DNA from: Coprothermobacterota bacterium
GTDB lineage: Bacteria; Coprothermobacterota; HKB111
NCBI GenBank assembly: GCA_037440465.1
Contig: JBBIUB010000001.1
Coordinates: 140,105-204,104 of the forward strand
Reading direction: 5' to 3'
Length of the DNA stretch: 64,000 nt
Positions 58,120-64,000 of this stretch are shown one piece after another. Position 1 is the first letter of the stretch; each line of letters starts with the position of its first letter. Under the pieces are notes generated by a model. That model saw only the letters and a program-made list of their open reading frames with translations, ran no database searches and was not told where the DNA came from. The position numbers and the translations under genes are program-made.

Positions 58120-58819
58120 TTAAGCTTTAGAAAAACCATTTATTCTGGCAATTATCATCAAAGCTCCATAGACCTGCTGACCTTCCTCTATTATGATTTT
58201 TACATCTTTATTAAAAATCAAAAGATCAACTTGTGAACCCCTGCTAATAAATCCAATTTTCTGTCCTAACTTAACCTCTTCACCGAGCTTTATATAATTG
58301 GTGATTTTATTTACAAATTTATCAGCTATCTCTATTACTCCTACTTGTAAAACATCACCTTCTATAATAATTGAAACCCGCTCATTCTGAAGATGATACT
58401 TCCGACTGAATAAATTAATCCAACTTCTGAGGTAAACTATTTTTAAATACTCAAGAAGATCTACCATGGGTAGATTGAGAGAAGATTGGACTCTATGCCT
58501 GTAAGTAACCTTCCCCGCTATAGGAGCATAGTTATAATGTACATCTAAAGGAGACATATATATACCAACAGCCCAGCCTTCTTCTGGAAGGAATTCAATT
58601 CCGGTTAATTCAGTTAGAGGTATAAATTCTCCTCCTTTGGTGGATGTTATATATTTGCCTTTTATAGAATATATATAGTACCTGGCCATCAGCTGGTGAA
58701 CAAATCACTCCTTCCTCTTCATAAGGAATCCTTAAGGGGTCTCTGTAGAACCAGATCTTACGAAGAAAATAAACAAGCACAATCCATATCAATAACAGAC
58801 CAATAAAAAGATAAAACAC
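58120..58819 (-). pseudogene. psd: Phosphatidylserine decarboxylase-like gene, frameshifted at a (TA)n tract
   Basis: Frame 1: FYRDP..R..SPADG.V; frame 2: IYMSPLDVH.N.AP, NER, RGSQVD. Adding one TA at 58669-58677 gives a single 233-aa ORF. Confidence 0.85.
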
Positions 58820-58823
58820 TTTC

Positions 58824-59828
58824 TCAGTTCTCCTTTAACACTTTGTAAATACTATATGGTAATCTCGGGAGGTAATAACCAACAAACCCCAGAAGGCCCT
58901 GAAGTATAAGTAAATCCATTTTATTTTCATCTTTATTCCTTCGCTTTCCTTTCTCATTTCTGTATGATAGGTCAAGAAAGGAATAAGCCCTTGCCAGTCC
59001 TCCTTTCCTATATGCCTGCCAGGTATCATCTGCTGGAGTTCTTAAAAATAAACTACTGTCAATAAAACCTATCTCTGTTTGAAGTTCATTATATAAAGGT
59101 TTCAGGGAATCGTGAAACCTAAAACGCACCATTCTCTCCCTTAAAAAAGCATAATTACTTAGGTTTACTTCTTTAATACTATCTATCAGTATTATCTTTT
59201 CAATAATTAAAAGCAATTTTTAAGTCTTTCAAGTTGAGGAAATGGGTCAAAAACCCTTATTTCTATCGTCTTTAACCTCTTAGTAATTATTATGTCCTGA
59301 AATCTATAATACGGATTTTCTATCAATGGCCCTATAGCATAAGAAGCTTTCATTCGAAATGATTTTCCAAAATATTCACCACCACGCATTGGAGAGTTGG
59401 TAGTTGTAAAGGCAAGGAGAGGCAAGTAATAAGCCAGACGATTATATATTCTTTCTCTATATTTTTCCTCAACACCTATGTGAAGATGAAGGCCACTGGT
59501 ATTGGTTGGAGTTTCAATATTCAAAAGATGCCCAAGAGCAACAACATAACCATCATTCACCACTTTGATAAGGTCTTGCCTCCGTGTTTTAAGATCAGAT
59601 ATCAAACACTCTGGTGAAGACTGGATTTCAGTAGATATTTCTACACCGCTCATGAGTCCAAACTTTATGTCCTTGCCACGACTGAAATTAGAAGCTGTAT
59701 GTAGATAATAAAATCCAGGATTTTTCCAGAGAAGCTTGTTTAGATAATATAAAGAGCGAAGGGAAGGTCGCCAATCCTTCTCAATAATAAAAAACTTCTT
59801 CCTCAAGGCCCCAGGTTATTTTAGGCAT
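58824..59828 (-). pseudogene. Glutamate-cysteine ligase (GCS2) family gene with two homopolymer frameshifts
   Basis: MPKITWGLEEEVF, +1 T in a T6 run (59789-59794), then IIEKDW...VEIST...GLHLHIG...NSP...KTIEIRVFD, -1 A in an A5 run (59217-59221), then LLLIIEK...; total 1005 nt = 335 codons. Confidence 0.8.
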
Positions 59829-59831
59829 ATG

Positions 59832-60536
59832 TTAAATCGTGTCTAATTTAGGAGGATATTGGTTCGCAATTCTTAAATGATTCGATTTTAAATGCGCTAT
59901 TCTCATCGGCTCAGGAATACGATATCCCCTAAGAAGACTCAGGACAAAGTCTCTGGCAGTGTTAAGAGACACCTTATGCCCCTGGGAAACATATATAGGT
60001 CTTACCCCCATCCTCGTTCTTAGAGACATGCCAATAACTTCATCTTTATCCATAAGAAAAGAGTAAGAACCTACTTCTTTGCCTACAACTTCGTGTTTAC
60101 CCCATAAAAGATTCTTAGCACAACCAATAGCAGGCATATCCATAACTACTCCCAGGTGAGAGGCTAAACCGAAACGACGGGGGTGTGCTAATCCCTGCCC
60201 TTCAATTAAAAGGAGTTCGTAATCTCCCTTAATCTTTTCTAAAGCCTTAAGAAGAGGAGGCGCTTCTCTAAAAGCCAGTAAACTAGGAATATATGGAAAG
60301 AGCACTCTCCCTTTATAATAGGATTCTTCAATAATGTTTAAATCTGGGTAACTAAAGCGAAGAACTACCGAATATAATTCTTGTCCTCCTTTTAAAGAAG
60401 ATATATCCATGGCTAAAAAGGATTTTATAGGTAAAGAGAAATTATCGTGAAGAATTACTTTATTCCTAAGGGTTTCTTGAATGTTCTTAGCTTCTTTGAT
60501 AGAATCTGGTACTACAAATTCAGATGCTTTATTCAT
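59832..60536 (-). CDS. nfi: Endonuclease V
   Basis: FPYIP.LLAFRE, G.G.AHPRRFGLASHLG, IGCAK, PIYVS.GH, YRIPEP.R.AH. Confidence 0.94.
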   Translation of the reverse strand: MNKASEFVVPDSIKEAKNIQETLRNKVILHDNFSLPIKSFLAMDISSLKGGQELYSVVLRFSYPDLNIIEESYYKGRVLFPYIPSLLAFREAPPLLKALEKIKGDYELLLIEGQGLAHPRRFGLASHLGVVMDMPAIGCAKNLLWGKHEVVGKEVGSYSFLMDKDEVIGMSLRTRMGVRPIYVSQGHKVSLNTARDFVLSLLRGYRIPEPMRIAHLKSNHLRIANQYPPKLDTI

Positions 60537-60546
60537 AGAATGTTAG

Positions 60547-61548
60547 TTAAAGAGAAAGATTTGGCCTGGCATCGAGTATCTTTTCTTCCCCAAGGCCCAT
60601 GCGATAAGATAAAAGACCTGCATATGCAACCATAGCACCATTATCAGTACATAGTTCAATAGAAGGAAGATTAAGTTTAATATCCTTATGTAAGGCAAAA
60701 TTTTCTAAATAACTCCTTAGTTTTTTGTTTGATGCTACGCCTCCTACCACAGATAATTTTTTTGCACCTGTTAAATATACAGCTCTCTCCAGACGATCCA
60801 TTATAGAGCCAAATACTGCCTCTTGAGCCGCGTGAGCCAAATGTTCAGTTTTAATATGTAGGTTTCTTTCTTTTAAATCTTCAAGTAAATAGTAGACAGC
60901 AGTCTTCAAGCCTGAGAAACTAAAATCAAGGGTCTTGTCACCTTTTAAAGGAGATGGCAGTTTATAATCAGATAATTTTACATTTAAAGCTGATTCTTCA
61001 ATAGCCGGTCCACTAGGATAATTAAGGTTTAATAATCGAGCAATTTTATCAAAACATTCCCCTGCTGCATCATCCCTGGTAGTTCCCAGAACATTATATT
61101 TAAAAAATTCCTCTACATATACTAAAATGGCATGTCCTCCAGAAATAAGAAGACTTAGGTAAGGTGGTGTAAAGTTTTGATTCTCAAGAAGAGGAGAATA
61201 TATGTGCGCTTCAAGGTGATTAACACCAATAATTGGGATTCCTAAACCTGAAGACAATCCTTTAGCAAAACTTATTCCTACCAGCAGGGGTCCTTGAAGA
61301 CCAGGACCTTCAGTTACTGCTAAAAGGTCAATGTCCTTAAGATTTTTACCTGCCTCTTCCAGAGCTTTTTGATAAACCCAGCCTATGGCCTTAACATGTT
61401 CCCTGGAAGCAACTTCAGGAACAATACCTCCAAAAAGGGCATGTTTTTTAGCCTGTGAATACACAACATTAGAAAGGATTAAGCCATCTTCTCTTATTAT
61501 TCCGACTGAAGTTTCGTCACAAGAAGTTTCAATTCCGAGTACTATCAT
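60547..61548 (-). CDS. tsaD: tRNA N6-threonylcarbamoyltransferase TsaD
   Basis: GIETSCDET, GGIVPEVASREH, HLEAH, DDAAGE.FDK, FSFSGLKT, TDNGAM. Confidence 0.98.
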   Translation of the reverse strand: MIVLGIETSCDETSVGIIREDGLILSNVVYSQAKKHALFGGIVPEVASREHVKAIGWVYQKALEEAGKNLKDIDLLAVTEGPGLQGPLLVGISFAKGLSSGLGIPIIGVNHLEAHIYSPLLENQNFTPPYLSLLISGGHAILVYVEEFFKYNVLGTTRDDAAGECFDKIARLLNLNYPSGPAIEESALNVKLSDYKLPSPLKGDKTLDFSFSGLKTAVYYLLEDLKERNLHIKTEHLAHAAQEAVFGSIMDRLERAVYLTGAKKLSVVGGVASNKKLRSYLENFALHKDIKLNLPSIELCTDNGAMVAYAGLLSYRMGLGEEKILDARPNLSL

Positions 61549-62035
61549 CTTCTTTTTTTAGCTTCTTTATCATCACATAAGCATCTTCATTATTATCCAC
61601 ATAATAACTAAATCTCCTAGATGCTATTCTGAATCCTAAAGATTGATAAAGAGTTATAGCAACAAGATTTGAAATTCTGACTTCAAGGATTATATAGGAA
61701 GCTCCTTTCTCCCATAAATATTTAACGGCTTCCTCTGCTAATCTCTTACCATAACCCTTTCCTCTTTTAATAGGCTCTACAGCAATATTGGTTATGTGAC
61801 CTTCATCTCCAAGAAGCCAGGTGCCCACATAACCTACAATCGTTTCATCTTCCAAAGCCACGAGATACATTGCTTTTTGATTCAAAGTAATCTCTCTCTT
61901 GAAATCTTCTTCAGACCAAGGGTTTCTAAAGGATTGCTTCTCTATATAAAGAACTTCTGGAAGATCAAGCAATCTCATTGGTTTAAATTTTAGGGTTTCA
62001 CTAACTTTTGTATCTCTATGTCTCTGCCATACCAT
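61529..62035 (-). CDS. rimI: Ribosomal-protein alanine N-acetyltransferase (start probably downstream of 62035)
   Basis: IEKQSF.NPWS, HITNIAV, RGKGYG, LEVR.SN..A..LY...GF, YY.DNNEDA. Confidence 0.93.
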   Translation of the reverse strand: MVWQRHRDTKVSETLKFKPMRLLDLPEVLYIEKQSFRNPWSEEDFKREITLNQKAMYLVALEDETIVGYVGTWLLGDEGHITNIAVEPIKRGKGYGKRLAEEAVKYLWEKGASYIILEVRISNLVAITLYQSLGFRIASRRFSYYVDNNEDAYVMIKKLKKEDDSTRN

Positions 62036-62670
62036 GGTTCAAGAAGAATAGGATCTTCTACCATCCCTTTTTTGAACAAGATTACTGCTTCTCTACCCCA
62101 ACTTTCCAGATGAGGCCCATTAGAAAAAATTAAATGTTTTGAATCAAGTGAACGGTGCCCCTCAAACTTCTCTATTGTGGCTATAAAAGCACTCTCTTTT
62201 ACTTCTGGCTTTCCCAATCCATAGCTTATTTCTTCTAGTAAGCCCTTTCTTAGACAGAAATAAGCGAAAAAATGTACTCCTCTCAAGGCTGGTATTAAAG
62301 AAATGATGTTTCCTTCCCCAATAGAAGTCGATGAGATAGCTGATAATGCCAGGGCTTTTAGAGTATTAATTGAAATAATAGGACGGTTAGTAGCTAAAGT
62401 TAAACCTTTAACGAAAGATATTCCAACTTTTAAGCCAGTGAAAGATCCAGGACCCTTTATAACCATATAGCTTTTTATATCTTCAAGCTTCAGGTTATAG
62501 GCTTTTAACAAAACCTCAAGAGCCAGAGAAAGAGAATAAGAAGCTGGATTCTGATAATCAATATAAGATGCAAGAAGACTACCTTCTTCGCCAAAAAGGC
62601 CCATTTTTAAACCTTTTATACTGGTGTCTATACCCAGGTAAGCTGGACTTTCTTTATTATTTCTTCCCAT
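61990..62670 (-). CDS. tsaB: tRNA threonylcarbamoyladenosine biosynthesis protein TsaB
   Basis: LGIDTS, GPGSFTGLKVG, LEP.YGR. Confidence 0.93.
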   Translation of the reverse strand: MGRNNKESPAYLGIDTSIKGLKMGLFGEEGSLLASYIDYQNPASYSLSLALEVLLKAYNLKLEDIKSYMVIKGPGSFTGLKVGISFVKGLTLATNRPIISINTLKALALSAISSTSIGEGNIISLIPALRGVHFFAYFCLRKGLLEEISYGLGKPEVKESAFIATIEKFEGHRSLDSKHLIFSNGPHLESWGREAVILFKKGMVEDPILLEPWYGRDIEIQKLVKP

Positions 62671-63113
62671 TTAATGCCATCCGTGATAACAGATATTCTT
62701 CTACCTTCCTTGATATATTCAAAATTCACCCACAAAGCTTCCTGCACATATTCTTTCAAAGGTTCACCCCACTCCCATAAAACCAGAAATCCATTGTTTA
62801 AGAGAGATTCTATCTCTAAATTTAAATATTCGTATAAAGGGTCATCAACTCTGTAACCATCCACATGCAAAACCTTGAGGTTCTGATAATATCTGGCTAT
62901 AAGAAAAGATGGACTTACCACTTCTCTCTGCCAGCCCAACCCTCTTAGGACTCCTCGGGCAAAAGTAGTCTTCCCGGAACCAAGAGGACCGGTAAGTCCA
63001 ATAAAACCTCCACTCTGAGATGAAATAGACTTTAAGGTCAGAGCTAAACTCTGGCTCCAGTTTTCTGTTTCTTCAGCAGATTTACTAACAAATGTATAAA
63101 TCATATTATTCAA
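62628..63113 (-). CDS. tsaE: tRNA threonylcarbamoyladenosine biosynthesis ATPase TsaE
   Basis: GPLGSGKTTF, V.SPSF, H.D.YR, EW. Confidence 0.94.
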   Translation of the reverse strand: MNNMIYTFVSKSAEETENWSQSLALTLKSISSQSGGFIGLTGPLGSGKTTFARGVLRGLGWQREVVSPSFLIARYYQNLKVLHVDGYRVDDPLYEYLNLEIESLLNNGFLVLWEWGEPLKEYVQEALWVNFEYIKEGRRISVITDGIKWEEIIKKVQLTWV

Positions 63114-63215
63114 CCTTCATAAACATTTTAACGGAAATATAGTTTTTTTAACATAGGTAATTATTTAGAAAGCAGTAAAGATATTATATTCTCATATAAG
63201 AAGGAATAAATACAT

Positions 63216-63244
63216 TTGCATTAGATAATAATAAACAATACTAT
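63216..63244 (+). promoter_or_regulatory. Candidate sigma70 promoter for the peptide/sensor locus
   Basis: TTGCAT-17 nt-TACTAT, but in an AT-rich region. Confidence 0.45.
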
Positions 63245-63375
63245 AAAGTAAATATTAAACATAAATATTTATAGTATAATTGAAAATATTATACGGAGTT
63301 ATTCTGCAATAGAATAGCGATATCGTCAAAATTAGGGTTGATGTAAGAATAAAAACAAAAAAGGAGGTGAATAAA

Positions 63376-63456
63376 ATGAAGTGGAGGATCTTAAGAATCA
63401 TAACCATAGTAAGTCTGTTGGGTTTCAGCCTGTTAGCCAATCTTAAGTGGAAATAG
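63376..63456 (+). CDS. Small 26-aa hydrophobic peptide MKWRILRIITIVSLLGFSLLANLKWK
   Basis: Strong SD AAGGAGGTGA 5 nt upstream of ATG; basic N-terminus, hydrophobic core, ANLKW tail; below the ORF-track cutoff. Confidence 0.7.
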   Translation: MKWRILRIITIVSLLGFSLLANLKWK

Positions 63457-63638
63457 GGAGGACGGTTAAGAAAATCAAAATACTAAAAAGGAGGTGAAAT
63501 ACAACCTTCAGGGCTATTATTATAGTCTAAATTTTAATTTTTATCTTACCGTAAACTACGATAAAATGACTTGTTTTTATTGGTGTTGGGTTTTTCATTA
63601 ATAAAATATTATGAAAGGAGTTAAATAAAAACTATATA

Positions 63639-64000
63639 ATGACTCCAGTAAATATTAAGGGCTTTCTTTTTATTACATTTGTCTGTGCTATTGTAATAAT
63701 AACTTTAGCTTTCGTTTATCCTTTCACTTTAATAGAAAATATAAATACTATTCTTTCTCTTGCTATAATTGTGTTTATCTTAGATTTTCTGTCCGTACCA
63801 CTGAGCAAAGACACAGAGATAACTATGTCCATGTCCGTGACTTACGCTGCTGCTCTTTACCTACCTGCGTCAATCATATTATGGATTGTCTTCCCAGCTA
63901 TTTTGCTCTCCGATCTCACCAAGAAAACACATTGGTATAAAAGCCTGTTTAATGCTTCTAACATCGCTCTCTCTGCATTCCTTTGTAGCCTTGTTTTCCA
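63639..64000 (+). CDS. Integral membrane sensor N-terminus (MASE9-like; partial, runs off the window)
   Basis: Open frame MTPVNIKGFLFITFVC...DFLSVPL....ITMSMSVTYAAAL...KTHWYKSLFNASNIALS with 4-5 TM helices; the WYK.LFN motif is typical of sensors fused to HD-GYP, GGDEF or kinase domains. Confidence 0.65.
   Translation, partial: MTPVNIKGFLFITFVCAIVIITLAFVYPFTLIENINTILSLAIIVFILDFLSVPLSKDTEITMSMSVTYAAALYLPASIILWIVFPAILLSDLTKKTHWYKSLFNASNIALSAFLCSLVF

Overview
AT-rich bacterial chromosome segment, mostly housekeeping genes on the minus strand. Gene content suggests an anaerobic, probably thermophilic amino-acid fermenter; a Caldisericota/Coprothermobacterota-like lineage is a guess only. Core content: ftsH (partial)-hpt-tilS; tRNA-Met and tRNA-fMet; rplM-rpsI followed directly by an arginine synthetase (ArcE-like)-OTCase-carbamate kinase unit; thrS with a T-box; glnA; guaA; uppS-nrdJ; an ABC-2 exporter; rpsF-ssb-rpsR-rplI-dnaB; buk-ptb-ptb-buk-vorDABG; recN-nadK-tlyA-nusB-efp; pilMNO; nfi and tsaEB-rimI-tsaD; six tRNAs in total. 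Most notable accessory signals: (1) a stand-alone, shortened Csx11/Cas10-like permuted-HD protein with no cas genes or array nearby; (2) an unannotated 26-aa hydrophobic peptide gene, plus a possible decayed second copy, directly upstream of a MASE9-like membrane sensor at the right edge; (3) an 11-kb operon with two FabH paralogs whose His/Asn catalytic residues are replaced (FTQ/GYT), a hydrolase, SDR, double TetR, CoA-transferase and a Liv-type importer; (4) a GCS2-ligase plus PS-decarboxylase pair broken by three slippage-type frameshifts; (5) several families of dispersed palindromic or heptamer repeats; (6) several decayed genes (trm112, MNT-HEPN, transaldolase); (7) a 318-bp identical segment shared by two ptb paralogs. 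All family assignments are from motif recognition, not database searches.
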